A stretch of DNA of 64,000 bases from Candidatus Bathyarchaeota archaeon (GTDB lineage: Archaea; Thermoproteota; Bathyarchaeia; TCS64; PIYN01). A program made the position numbers and the translations under genes. The first letter of the stretch is position 1; each line of letters opens with the position of its first letter. The notes under the pieces were generated by a model. The model saw only the letters and a program-made list of their open reading frames with translations, ran no database searches and had not been told where the DNA came from. This document shows positions 1 to 9,106 of the stretch, one piece after another. The stretch lies in the NCBI GenBank assembly GCA_003601775.1, contig PIYN01000008.1, positions 18,880 to 82,879 on the forward strand. The letters are read 5' to 3'.

Positions 1-71
1 AGAACACAAACAACCTTGATCTCAATCTAACGCAAAAGCACTATTTATCCTACGTAGAAACACTAAGAAAT

Positions 72-263
72 ATGGCTCGGGGACTTAGGGAGATCAAGGT
101 CATAAACCCCATACCAGAGGAAAAATACGAGGAATACAAGAAATGGTTAAGAGGGAAGTTATCAAGAAACCTTCGAGAGAGACCTTACTCATCTAATAAA
201 CAGAGATACTCGGATCTCCAGTCCCTTCTCACCCGGAAGCCCATCTTCCTCCTAACCGGATAA
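72..263 (+). CDS. Hypothetical small protein (63 aa)
   Basis: ORF only. It is K/E/R-rich, has no recognisable motif and lies in the AT-rich left-edge DNA. Confidence 0.25.
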   Translation: MARGLREIKVINPIPEEKYEEYKKWLRGKLSRNLRERPYSSNKQRYSDLQSLLTRKPIFLLTG

Positions 264-428
264 GAAGGATCATTAGAAGTCAGCATACATGTCACTTGAA
301 CTCTAATCTCTCCCCTTTAATCTGATCAAGACTTTTAAAACAAATCTAACAGCTAAAACGGGCCATAAGAACGCCACAATTAGTTAAAGATCAATAATAA
401 TTAAATAAGATTCTATCCACATTAACCG

Positions 429-1307
429 ATGGCGATGAGTGTTCACAAAGACCCTGAGACAGGTTCCTCAAGCATCCGATTGAGAGTTGCGGAGGCAAAG
501 CAGCCACGAGATATTGGGAGAGGCATGGCGAGAATAGGTCTCAGCGATATGCGTGCGATAGGGGTTGGAATGGGCGATGTTATTGAGATTCAAGGAAGGA
601 GGAGAACAGCGGCAAAGGTCTGGCCAGCCCACTCCAAGGATCAAAGGCCTGGCCTAATCAGGATAGACAGTTATATCAGAAGAAATTGCGGCACACAAAT
701 TAATGAATGTGTCACCGTAAAGAAAGCCAAGGTTAGCTACGCCACCTATATCGAACTGGCGCCAGTGGATGTCAGGATCAGTGTTAACAATAATCTTGTG
801 AGATTTGTGAAAGATCGGATGATAGATCGCCCTGTGACACGAGGTGACATAGTTCCAATCCTAATGTTTGGTCACCTTATACCCTTCCAGGTAGTGGATA
901 CTAAACCCTCAGGCATCGTCAAGGTTCGAGAGGAAACAGAGGTCAGCCTCCACGGCATACCCTTCTCCGAGATGTACAGTGCGAGAAAAAACAAGAAACA
1001 CCTTCGATTCAGATGCCTGAAATGGGCTGAGGCAATGTACACGGCAGATGAAACCTGGTTCTACATCCCTAGTAGGGAGGAGAGAAGCACAGACGAGACA
1101 ACCATAGAAAAAATTGCGAGGAAGATCGCAGCTGAAGAAAAGAAGACCATCGAGATCCGCGTCGAGCTCCTCGAAAAGAGGGGCTCCATAGAACCCGAAG
1201 GATTCCCATGGGCAGAGATAAACCCAGAAGGCGAAATACGTTACACATACCCCAAAGAGTGGCTGGATGGAGCACTCTCAAATAGGCTCTACACAGACGC
1301 CATCTAA
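429..1307 (+). CDS. Cdc48/VCP N-terminal-domain-only protein with an unknown ~105-aa C-terminal extension and no AAA+ module
   Basis: Residues ~14-185 ([23 protein letters not shown]...RPVTRGDIVPILMFGHLIPFQVVDTKPSGIVKV) align colinearly with the N-domain of the full-length Cdc48 at 59417. By eye identity is roughly two thirds. No Walker A or B motif is present. Confidence 0.8.
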   Translation: MAMSVHKDPETGSSSIRLRVAEAKQPRDIGRGMARIGLSDMRAIGVGMGDVIEIQGRRRTAAKVWPAHSKDQRPGLIRIDSYIRRNCGTQINECVTVKKAKVSYATYIELAPVDVRISVNNNLVRFVKDRMIDRPVTRGDIVPILMFGHLIPFQVVDTKPSGIVKVREETEVSLHGIPFSEMYSARKNKKHLRFRCLKWAEAMYTADETWFYIPSREERSTDETTIEKIARKIAAEEKKTIEIRVELLEKRGSIEPEGFPWAEINPEGEIRYTYPKEWLDGALSNRLYTDAI

Positions 1308-1386
1308 TCCCAATAGCCTAATCCACAGAACTCTCAGCTCTTCAACATCTCACTAAACATTCATTCCATAAAATCTTGGAAGAAGT

Positions 1387-2190
1387 CTATGTCCCCAAGT
1401 CCCTAAAGACCCTCTTGGGATGGGTATAGACGTTCATCCGCCTCCCCCTGGCAAAGCAGATGAGGGTGACCCCCAACTCCTCCGCGACCCTGATGCCCGA
1501 CTCTAAGGGTCCAGCCTGAGAGACTACTACAGGTATCCCGACCCTTGCCGCCTTCAGAACCATATAACTTGACTGCCTTCCAGAGGAGACGAGGACGCAG
1601 CGCGAGAAGTCCCCTCCACTCAGGGCGAGTACGCCAATCACCTTATCGACGGCGTTATGCCTCCCCACATCCTCCGCATAGGCCAAGACCTCCCCCTCCA
1701 CATCGCAGAGCATAGCCGAGTGGGTCCCACCCGTCGCCCTGAAAACTTCACCACGCCTATTCAACTCCCGGACCATCTCCAGGACAACATCAGGTCTGAG
1801 AGAGACCTTGGCACCGACCTTGGGAGGCCTCAATCGGCCCAAGAGGTTGATGAGGTCGGAGGTGGAGCCGCAGGAGGTCGTGACCAAACGGTTCACCTTG
1901 GAGGCCTCAAGCCTCGCCCGTCGATCCGTCTTGAGGGAGACGTAGACCCGATGATCTCTGGAGCGGACTCTTTCAACTTCCTCCACGGAGTCTATGATCC
2001 CCTCGGCGAGGAGATGCCCCACGGCGAGCTCCCTCTCCAGCCCAGGTGAGGCCAGAAAGGTCCTGAAGAGCTCCTTCCCCACGTAGACCTCCACAGGGAC
2101 GTCCACAGCCACCTCATCCTCCACCCACCGCCCCTTCCAGTCCCCATCGAGGCTGAGCCTCAACACCCTCCTACGCGCCTTAGCCGACAT
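1387..2190 (-). CDS. fdhD: Formate dehydrogenase accessory sulfurtransferase FdhD
   Basis: 267 aa. Carries TSCGSTS with the conserved Cys, GGTHSAML, and EDVGRHNAVDKVIG typical of the FdhD/NarQ family. Confidence 0.88.
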   Translation of the reverse strand: MSAKARRRVLRLSLDGDWKGRWVEDEVAVDVPVEVYVGKELFRTFLASPGLERELAVGHLLAEGIIDSVEEVERVRSRDHRVYVSLKTDRRARLEASKVNRLVTTSCGSTSDLINLLGRLRPPKVGAKVSLRPDVVLEMVRELNRRGEVFRATGGTHSAMLCDVEGEVLAYAEDVGRHNAVDKVIGVLALSGGDFSRCVLVSSGRQSSYMVLKAARVGIPVVVSQAGPLESGIRVAEELGVTLICFARGRRMNVYTHPKRVFRDLGT

Positions 2191-2218
2191 GGAGACCCTC
2201 TGCGCCGTGATCCGAGAA

Positions 2219-3433
2219 CTACTTCACCGCCCTGATGAGGTCCTCCATCTCCCCCAAGAACCTCTCAACCTCTTCCACGGTGTTGTAGAGGTAGGTCGAG
2301 GCACGGACAGACCCCCGAGGGATCCCGAGCAGCTCCTTCATCAAGGGGAGGGCGCAGTGGTGCCCGGACCTCACGGCGATCTTCGCGGAGACGTCGAGGG
2401 TGAGAGCAACATCGTGGGGGTTCATCCCCTTAACGTTGAAGGAGACGATCCCGAGGCGATCCTTCGGGTCCCTGGGACCATAGATCTCCACGCCCTCCAT
2501 CTCCGCCAGCCCCTCAACAAGCCTCTCCGTCAGCCTCCTTTCATGCCTCTCCACCTCCCCCATCCCCACCCGCTCCAAGTACCTCACAGCCTCCCCCAGG
2601 CCGATGACCTGGGCGATCGCCGGAGTCCCAGCCTCAAACCTCATGGGACTCCTCGCCAACTCATAGCTCTCCAAGCTCACGTCAGCTATCGTCCCCCCGC
2701 CGATGCAGAGGGGCTCCACCTCGTAGAGGAGCTCGCTCCGGATGTAGAGACCACCAGAGCCAGTGGGACCCAACATCTTATGCCCGGAGAAGGCGAGGAA
2801 GTCGACATCCATTCTCTTGACATCTGTCTTGAGGTGGGGGATCGACTGAGCCCCGTCGACGAGTATGTAGGCGCTATGCTCATGGGCGATCTCGGCGATC
2901 TTCTCCACAGGGACGATGCACCCCAGGACATTCGAGACCTTCGTCACCGCGACGAGCCTCGTCCTATCATCTATCACCTTCTCAAAGTCCCCGAGGTCGA
3001 AGCGCCCCTCAGAGTCAGACCTGACTACCTCCACCTCCACGCCATAGCGACGGCCAACCCTCAGCCAAGTGATATAATTGGAGTGATGCTCTATGACCGT
3101 CGTCACGATCTTATCGCCCTTTCTCCAATCCAGGGCGTTGGCGACGAAGTTTATCCCCTCTGTCGTGTTCCTCATCATAGCGACATTCTCCCCAGAGGGG
3201 GCGTTGATGAACCCAGCAATCGTCTCATGGGCTTCTTCATACTCCTGACTCGCTCTCTGCGACAGACGATGGACGCCCCGCTCCACGTTAGCCCTATATT
3301 CATGGTAGAACTCCACCACCTTCTGGACGACCTGCTCAGGCGTCAGGCTGCTTGCTGCATTATCGAAGTAGATGATCCCCTTCTTGAGTATGGGGAAGTC
3401 CTCTCTAATCCTCTGAACATCGAACAACTCCAA
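2219..3433 (-). CDS. sufS: Cysteine desulfurase, SufS/CsdA group II (class V aminotransferase)
   Basis: 404 aa. Has the N-terminal FPILKKGIIYFDNAASS, the PLP-lysine motif FSGHKMLGPTGSG and the catalytic-Cys motif RSGHHCALP. Confidence 0.9.
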   Translation of the reverse strand: MELFDVQRIREDFPILKKGIIYFDNAASSLTPEQVVQKVVEFYHEYRANVERGVHRLSQRASQEYEEAHETIAGFINAPSGENVAMMRNTTEGINFVANALDWRKGDKIVTTVIEHHSNYITWLRVGRRYGVEVEVVRSDSEGRFDLGDFEKVIDDRTRLVAVTKVSNVLGCIVPVEKIAEIAHEHSAYILVDGAQSIPHLKTDVKRMDVDFLAFSGHKMLGPTGSGGLYIRSELLYEVEPLCIGGGTIADVSLESYELARSPMRFEAGTPAIAQVIGLGEAVRYLERVGMGEVERHERRLTERLVEGLAEMEGVEIYGPRDPKDRLGIVSFNVKGMNPHDVALTLDVSAKIAVRSGHHCALPLMKELLGIPRGSVRASTYLYNTVEEVERFLGEMEDLIRAVK

Positions 3434-3497
3434 TCCCCCTAAACTAAAGGAGGGGGTACACGGGGTTTAAGGGTTTCCAAGCCCCTCAACAGAAAAC

Positions 3498-5321
3498 TTA
3501 GTGGACGGTCACGGACTTCGCCAGAGACCTCGGCTGATCGGGGTTCAACCCCTTCTCGACGGATATGTAGTATGCGAAGAGCTGGAGGGGGACTACGTAC
3601 AGGATCGGCGTGAAGATGGGGTCTCTCACCTTCGGGACCTCGACGTAGTCATCCGCCAGCCTCTTGATCTCCTCATCCCCCTCCTCCACGATGGCTATGA
3701 TGGATGCACCCCTCGCCTTCATCTCCATGATATTCCCGATGATGGACCTATGGGTCTCATCCCTTGGACAGACGAAGACGACGGGGAAGCCCTTGTAGAT
3801 GAGGCTGATGGGGCCATGCTTACTCTCACCGGCAGGATAGGTTATCGAGGGGATGTAGGTGATCTCCAGTAGCTTCAGGTTCCCCTCAGCGGCCGTTGCG
3901 GTGCTCACCCCACGCCCAAGGAACAGGAAGCAGCTCTTATCCTTATACTTGATGGCGAGCTCCCTAACCCTCCGCTCCTGCTTATCCAAGAACTCCCCGA
4001 TCTTCCTCGGCATGGCACGGAGCTCCCTCAAGAGCTCCTCAGCCCTCGCCTTGGTTATCTTGCCCCGCTTCAAGCCAAGCTTTATCGCCAGGTGCGTCAA
4101 GACCGCCAACTGAGAGGTATAGGTCTTCGTCGCCGCTACCCCGATCTCCGGACCAGACTGCTGGCAGAGGTAGACCCTTGAGACCCGAGTGAGCGTTGAA
4201 CCTATCACGTTGGTCAGGCCCAGGATCGTGGCCGCCTTGTTCCTTGCGTACATAACTGCCGATAGGGTATCCAGTGTCTCGCCGGACTGGCTGACGGCGA
4301 GGACGAGGGTGTCGATGTCCAAGGCCTCTCCATACCGCTGTATGAACTCCGAGGCGATCACAGGTATCACATGGACCCCAGCGACCTTGGAGAAGACGTA
4401 GGAGGCCGCGAGGCAGGCGTGGTAGGAGGTGCCGCAGGCCACCAGGTAGATCGACTTGGCCCTGTCCATGAAGGTGGCCATGAGGTCGAGGTACATCTCC
4501 TGGACCCTGAGGGAGTTCCTAAGGCTCTGCGGCTGCTCGTGTATCTCCTTCAACATGAAGTGGGGATAACCCGTCTTCTCGGCCATCTCAGGGGTCCAGG
4601 GGAAGACGCTGGGCTTCCTCTCGACGACCTCCCAGTCCTCCAGCCTCCTGATCTCATAGCCGTCCTCACGGATGATGGCACACTCCCCATTCTGGAGGAC
4701 CACAGCCCTATTCGTCAGGGGGAGGAAGGCGGGTATGTCAGAGGCGCAGTAGATCGCCTCCTTACCCACCCCTATAACCAGGGGGCTCTCCTTCCGAAGG
4801 CAGATGATCTTGTCGGGCTCCTTTGTGCAGATGGCGACCACCGCGTAGGCGCCCTCAAGCCTCTTCGCCGCCTCCCTCGCGGCGACGGTGAAGGGGAGGC
4901 CCTTCTTCATATTCTCCTCGATGAGGTGGACGATGACCTCGCTATCCGTCCGGGAGGTGAACTTATGTCCCTTCTCTATGAGCTCCTCCCTGAGCTGGTA
5001 GAAGTTCTCGATGATGCCGTTGTGAGCGATGGCGATCTCCCCTCTGCAGTCCACGAAGGGGTGGGCGTTCTCCCGCGAGGGAGCCCCATGAGTCGCCCAC
5101 CTCGTATGTCCTATACCGATCCTGCCGGGCATGTCATCGAAGTTCAGGAGCTCGTGTATCTCATCGATCTTCCCCCGATCCTTCTTCACATACAACTTGC
5201 CACGATGGATAGTCGCCTGACCCGCGGAGTCGTAGCCCCGGTACTCGAGCCTCTTCAACCCCTGATGGATGATGGGAGCCGCATTACCTGACTTAAGGAT
5301 GCATCCAAATATACCGCACAA
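3498..5321 (-). CDS. glmS: Glutamine--fructose-6-phosphate aminotransferase (isomerising)
   Basis: 607 aa. Starts MCGIFG (Ntn Cys after the Met), has two SIS domains and the C-terminal KSVTVH-type end. Confidence 0.95.
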   Translation of the reverse strand: MCGIFGCILKSGNAAPIIHQGLKRLEYRGYDSAGQATIHRGKLYVKKDRGKIDEIHELLNFDDMPGRIGIGHTRWATHGAPSRENAHPFVDCRGEIAIAHNGIIENFYQLREELIEKGHKFTSRTDSEVIVHLIEENMKKGLPFTVAAREAAKRLEGAYAVVAICTKEPDKIICLRKESPLVIGVGKEAIYCASDIPAFLPLTNRAVVLQNGECAIIREDGYEIRRLEDWEVVERKPSVFPWTPEMAEKTGYPHFMLKEIHEQPQSLRNSLRVQEMYLDLMATFMDRAKSIYLVACGTSYHACLAASYVFSKVAGVHVIPVIASEFIQRYGEALDIDTLVLAVSQSGETLDTLSAVMYARNKAATILGLTNVIGSTLTRVSRVYLCQQSGPEIGVAATKTYTSQLAVLTHLAIKLGLKRGKITKARAEELLRELRAMPRKIGEFLDKQERRVRELAIKYKDKSCFLFLGRGVSTATAAEGNLKLLEITYIPSITYPAGESKHGPISLIYKGFPVVFVCPRDETHRSIIGNIMEMKARGASIIAIVEEGDEEIKRLADDYVEVPKVRDPIFTPILYVVPLQLFAYYISVEKGLNPDQPRSLAKSVTVH

Positions 5322-5456
5322 GAGTGCTCCAACTCCTGGTAGTAATATAATACAGTTATAAGGAGACTTAAAAGTTTGGCTGTCATTACGAGGAGAACGC
5401 TACCTGACAGAACCCTAAGATAATACCCAGGTTCTCCAACTTGGCGCATATAGGGC

Positions 5457-6206
5457 TCAGAGATGGTCCTTCAGCCACTGTAGGACGGAGTTGATGAGGG
5501 GTATCCTATGCTCCATATAGTCGTGGTCTGCGCCCTCTATCAGAATCCACTTCTTCGGCCCACTAACGGCCTCGTAGAGGGCTCTACAGGTCTCAGGTGG
5601 GGTCAAGTTATCCTTGGAGCCCGCCACGACCATGATGGGGACTCTCACATCCCTGATGACCTCGACCGGGTTGAGGTTTGCGAGGACCCATGGCAGCTCC
5701 GACCTGAGGAGATCGGCGCTGAGTCCCCTTAACTTACCCTTACCCATATTGAGGAAGACGGGCACGATCGTCTCCAGGACCCTCTCGCTCGCAAGGGGTC
5801 TTAGGTCGGCGGCGGGACTTATGAAGACCCCGACCTTCAGCCTTGGATCCTCGCTCAGCCTCTTCGCTGTGGGGACAGCACCCATCGAGTACCCGATCAA
5901 GCCAAGCCTCTCAGGGTCGACGAAGGGCTGTGAGGCGAGAAACTTGATCGCGTCTCGCGTGGAAGGGTCCAGCCCTCTCAGGCTAAAGGTTCCCTCACTA
6001 CCCCAAGCACCTCGGTAGTAGAAGACGAGGGAGACTACGTTGTTGAAGGCGAGTTCCTCCGCCAGGTCCATGTTCTTATTATCGCCAGGGTAGCCGTGGC
6101 AGAGAACGACGGCGGGGAACCTCCCCTCAGCCCTGGGCCTGTAGATCCTGCCAAGGAGCCTGTACCCTTCGCTCTCAAAGGAGATATTCTCCACTAAGAT
6201 GCTCAA
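5457..6206 (-). CDS. Alpha/beta hydrolase (dienelactone hydrolase / S9-like)
   Basis: Nucleophile elbow GYSMG, then SKDNL Asp and GADHDY His. The ORF extends to 6296. I prefer the TTG at 6206 because GGAGGA lies 6 nt upstream and a TATA (ctataaatat) lies about 40 nt upstream. Confidence 0.8.
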   Translation of the reverse strand: MSILVENISFESEGYRLLGRIYRPRAEGRFPAVVLCHGYPGDNKNMDLAEELAFNNVVSLVFYYRGAWGSEGTFSLRGLDPSTRDAIKFLASQPFVDPERLGLIGYSMGAVPTAKRLSEDPRLKVGVFISPAADLRPLASERVLETIVPVFLNMGKGKLRGLSADLLRSELPWVLANLNPVEVIRDVRVPIMVVAGSKDNLTPPETCRALYEAVSGPKKWILIEGADHDYMEHRIPLINSVLQWLKDHL

Positions 6207-6242
6207 AATAAGTCCTCCGAACAGGTGATACTCTAAGACAAG

Positions 6243-6252
6243 ATATTTATAG
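6243..6252 (-). promoter_or_regulatory. TATA-box-like element for the alpha/beta hydrolase gene
   Basis: The minus strand reads ctataaatat, about 40 nt upstream of the proposed TTG start. Confidence 0.4.
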
Positions 6253-6305
6253 TTAACCTGTCCCCTCTGGACTACTATATTCCACTCTGTCCTCAAGCTC
6301 TTCGA

Positions 6306-7016
6306 TTACTCAGATCCTGCAGATCTCTCCCTCGAGAGCCTCATGGCCTCCTCGAACCACTTACTCACGATCTTGGGGGAGATCCCCAGCTTCGTGCTCA
6401 GGTCCTCCGGCGATATCTTCAGGAGATCCGGGACCTTCTCCAGGCCCAACTCCTTAAGCCTCTCGGCCATCGTCGGTCCTATGCCCTTCACCTCCCTCAG
6501 ATCCGGTGCCAGCGCATGTTCCAACCTCTCCTGCATCCTCTTCAGCCTGGCGTTCAGCCTATCCCTCTCTCTGGTCAGGGCCTCGACCTGGGCTCTGAGC
6601 TCCTCGTTCAGCCTCCGCGCCTCCTTCAGGTCTTCGGCCATCTTCTTCGTCGTCTTGAAGAGGCTTTCATGTATCTTTGACATGACCTTCTCCATCTCAT
6701 CAAGGCGGGAGTCCAGTTCCAGAGTCCCTGACGTGGATTCCAGGTACTTCTCATACGCCGAGGCCCCACACCCCAGGATGAGGAGCCCGGCGAAGAGGAG
6801 GAGTACATAGGGGATCCCTCCAGCCGTCGCCTCGAAGACTGGGTGGATGGAGTAGCCCTTGGTGCTCCAGTATACTATGTCGCCGAGCCAGGTGATGAAC
6901 CCTACAATCCCCGACGTGAGGCAGATCCACTTGAGGAGCTCCAGGCCAGGGACGAGAGGCTCGCCCCTATTCTTCCTCATTTCTCCCTTCTGTTCCTCTC
7001 CACTCTCTTCCGTCAT
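6306..7016 (-). CDS. Membrane protein with two TM helices, a coiled coil and a C-terminal helix-hairpin-helix domain
   Basis: Hydrophobic segments LLKWICLTSGIVGFITWLGDIVYW and IPYVLLLFAGLLILGCGASAY. A heptad-like region follows (EARRLNEELRAQVEALTRERDRLNARLKRMQERLE). The HhH reads LREVKGIGPTMAERLKELGLEKVPDLLKISPEDL. Confidence 0.7.
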   Translation of the reverse strand: MTEESGEEQKGEMRKNRGEPLVPGLELLKWICLTSGIVGFITWLGDIVYWSTKGYSIHPVFEATAGGIPYVLLLFAGLLILGCGASAYEKYLESTSGTLELDSRLDEMEKVMSKIHESLFKTTKKMAEDLKEARRLNEELRAQVEALTRERDRLNARLKRMQERLEHALAPDLREVKGIGPTMAERLKELGLEKVPDLLKISPEDLSTKLGISPKIVSKWFEEAMRLSRERSAGSE

Positions 7017-7136
7017 ATCACTACACCCAATCAGTCATCGCTTTTGTTAGAAAATGAATAAACTTACTAAAGAGGTTTGTGGAAGAACGCATAGGTCTGT
7101 CTACAGGACAATCTGGTTCTCGTCTCTGCACGTCAC

Positions 7137-7144
7137 TTATATCT
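7137..7144 (+). promoter_or_regulatory. TATA-box-like element upstream of the NurA-like/HerA-like operon
   Basis: ttatatct lies 34-41 nt upstream of the ATG at 7178 in an AT-rich divergent intergenic region. Confidence 0.3.
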
Positions 7145-7177
7145 TTATGATTGTGTTAAAGAGATAAGGAAGATTAG

Positions 7178-9106
7178 ATGCCTGCCGATAGTGGCTCCCC
7201 CTCAGAGCCTTCCTCTTTACCACCGAGCCTCAAGGCGGTCTGCGAGGGCCTCAGGGCGAGGGCGGCTGAGAGGATCTCCGACTACTCGCTTCGCTTAAGC
7301 CGGGTCAACGCCCTCTACGATGGGGTGCTACGTCATCTCATCGTCTCGAACTTCAGCACGGCAGAGGCCTATGAGACGGCCCTCAAGTTCTTTGGGGGCG
7401 AGGAGGTGCGCTTCGCCGGGATCGATGGGACGAGGTACTCATCCCCCTTGATGGACCTCGTCATCTTCTTCGGAGGGGCCTACGCCTCGATGGGGACCAT
7501 AAGGTTTCGGGCAGATGGTCCCCCTGAGATAGAGTACGAGGATAACTTCTTGGATAAGGGGGTTAGCATCTCGACGGTCGTCCCCCTCTTCATCAACGAG
7601 ATCCCCGAGGTCGACCAGACCTACTTCAGCTTCGACCCCGAGGGGACCCCCGTCTCCCATCCCCTCGCCGACCAGTGGTTCGTCGACAACTCCATGATCG
7701 CCAACTCAATGATGACCTTCGCGGAGTACTACCTCGCCTACAGGCTGATCACGGACCCCAGTAGGAGGGTGAAGGTCCTCTTCATGGACCGCTCCCTCTC
7801 AGGCGAGAGGACGAGCCTCCTCTACGATACCTCGAAGCCCTCCATCTGGAAGAGGTCCTCCTCCCTCCTCGGCTTCGAGGTGGAGGGGGTGAAGATAGAC
7901 GAGAGGGACCTGGCCTACGGGAGGTACTACGTGGTGAACGAGGAGCTGAACCTCCCCCCTCCCAGGGGGGACTACCTCCCCTACGCCATCATCCACCTCC
8001 TCGAGGGGGAGGGACCCCTGGACCTCAGGGGGATCTGCGAGAGACTTGGAATAGAGGAGCTTGACCGTGTCTCCAGGGTCGAGAGGTACCTGAAGAGCTC
8101 TAAGATCCTCAGGAGGTACCTAGATCGGAGGGGGATCTTCTACAGCCTGAAGCCGAGGTATAGGACGACGTGGAGGAGGCTGAGGAGGGCCGTTGAGGTA
8201 ATAGGGGAGCGACTCTTCTCCTACCGAGGGGGAGAGGGAGAGAAGGGCCCTGTGATGAGGATCAAGAGCGGTGGGAGGATGAAGTGGCTGACCACCCTGG
8301 ACCTCTCCTTCCTCACCCTCTTCTGCCTCCAGATGATCGTTGAGGAGTGCTGGAGGCGGAGGGTCCTCCTCATAGGCCTGACCAAGGACACGGCGGCGAG
8401 GGACTTCAAGCGCCAGTTCCTTCCCATCATGGCGAATGAGGGGCTCCTCAAGGGTGAGATTAAGCCACGGAACCTGGAGGCGCTCCCGAACACCGATCGG
8501 ATGATCCTCCAGGTCGTCTCGATGAGCAGGGCGGAGTCCATCTCCGTCCCCTGGAGCCTCGTGGAGTACGACTCCTGCTTCAAGACCCTCATCCCAGACA
8601 GGGGGCGGAGGAAGGGCTACGTCAAGGGGGCGAGGAGGAACAAGATCAGCTTGGAGAGGCTCTTCCTGAAGAGCTACATCCAGCTCTCCCAGGCCGAGTC
8701 CAACCCAAGGCTCCGGAGCAACGTCCTCCTCATGGACCGCCTCATCTACCCGGAGTTTGACCTCGCCGAGGAGACGCTGGTGCGGTTCTGGAACGAGTTC
8801 AGCGGCGCGAAGGAGCCCGTGGAGGTCATCCTCTACCGGGACAACTCCGTGAGGAACCCCCTTCAGAACCTCGTGATGGTGATCCTCAGCTCCATGGTCT
8901 GTCCCAGCATCCCAGAGGTCTTCGGCCACAACAAGCCCCTCTTCATAGCCGATAAGATCGCTAAGTGGAACTACGGCTACTTCAAGAGGATCGTCGACGG
9001 GACAAGGAACTGGATCCTCAATAACCGTAAATTGAAGGAGTTCCTGTTCTATATGGGAAGCTTCAGGGAGAGGAGGAGTCTGTTTGAAGCAGCGAGGAGA
9101 GGATGA
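7178..9106 (+). CDS. NurA-domain-like nuclease, enlarged (642 aa) by a central winged-helix-like insertion
   Basis: Ordered NurA-type landmarks: FAGIDGT, MTFAEYY, VLFMDRSLSGE, LIGLTKDTAARD and GHNKPLFIADKIAKW. The insertion reads YAIIHLLEGEGPLDLRGICERLGIEELDRVSRVERYLKSSKIL. The gene overlaps the downstream HerA-like gene by 23 nt. Confidence 0.65.
   Translation: MPADSGSPSEPSSLPPSLKAVCEGLRARAAERISDYSLRLSRVNALYDGVLRHLIVSNFSTAEAYETALKFFGGEEVRFAGIDGTRYSSPLMDLVIFFGGAYASMGTIRFRADGPPEIEYEDNFLDKGVSISTVVPLFINEIPEVDQTYFSFDPEGTPVSHPLADQWFVDNSMIANSMMTFAEYYLAYRLITDPSRRVKVLFMDRSLSGERTSLLYDTSKPSIWKRSSSLLGFEVEGVKIDERDLAYGRYYVVNEELNLPPPRGDYLPYAIIHLLEGEGPLDLRGICERLGIEELDRVSRVERYLKSSKILRRYLDRRGIFYSLKPRYRTTWRRLRRAVEVIGERLFSYRGGEGEKGPVMRIKSGGRMKWLTTLDLSFLTLFCLQMIVEECWRRRVLLIGLTKDTAARDFKRQFLPIMANEGLLKGEIKPRNLEALPNTDRMILQVVSMSRAESISVPWSLVEYDSCFKTLIPDRGRRKGYVKGARRNKISLERLFLKSYIQLSQAESNPRLRSNVLLMDRLIYPEFDLAEETLVRFWNEFSGAKEPVEVILYRDNSVRNPLQNLVMVILSSMVCPSIPEVFGHNKPLFIADKIAKWNYGYFKRIVDGTRNWILNNRKLKEFLFYMGSFRERRSLFEAARRG

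Larger units (their letters stand above)
1..1386. other. Lower-GC segment at the left window edge (about 35% GC intergenic, about 40-45% in the ORF) next to >60% GC DNA
   Basis: One counted 60-nt line (1-60) has 21 G+C. Composition switches abruptly at the fdhD stop near 1387. Confidence 0.6.

Noticed and set aside
2189-3442. 417-aa plus-strand ORF
   Set aside because: It is exactly antisense to the well-supported SufS gene. The product is a Pro/Arg/His/Leu-rich shadow ORF, which is typical of high-GC DNA, and has no motifs.
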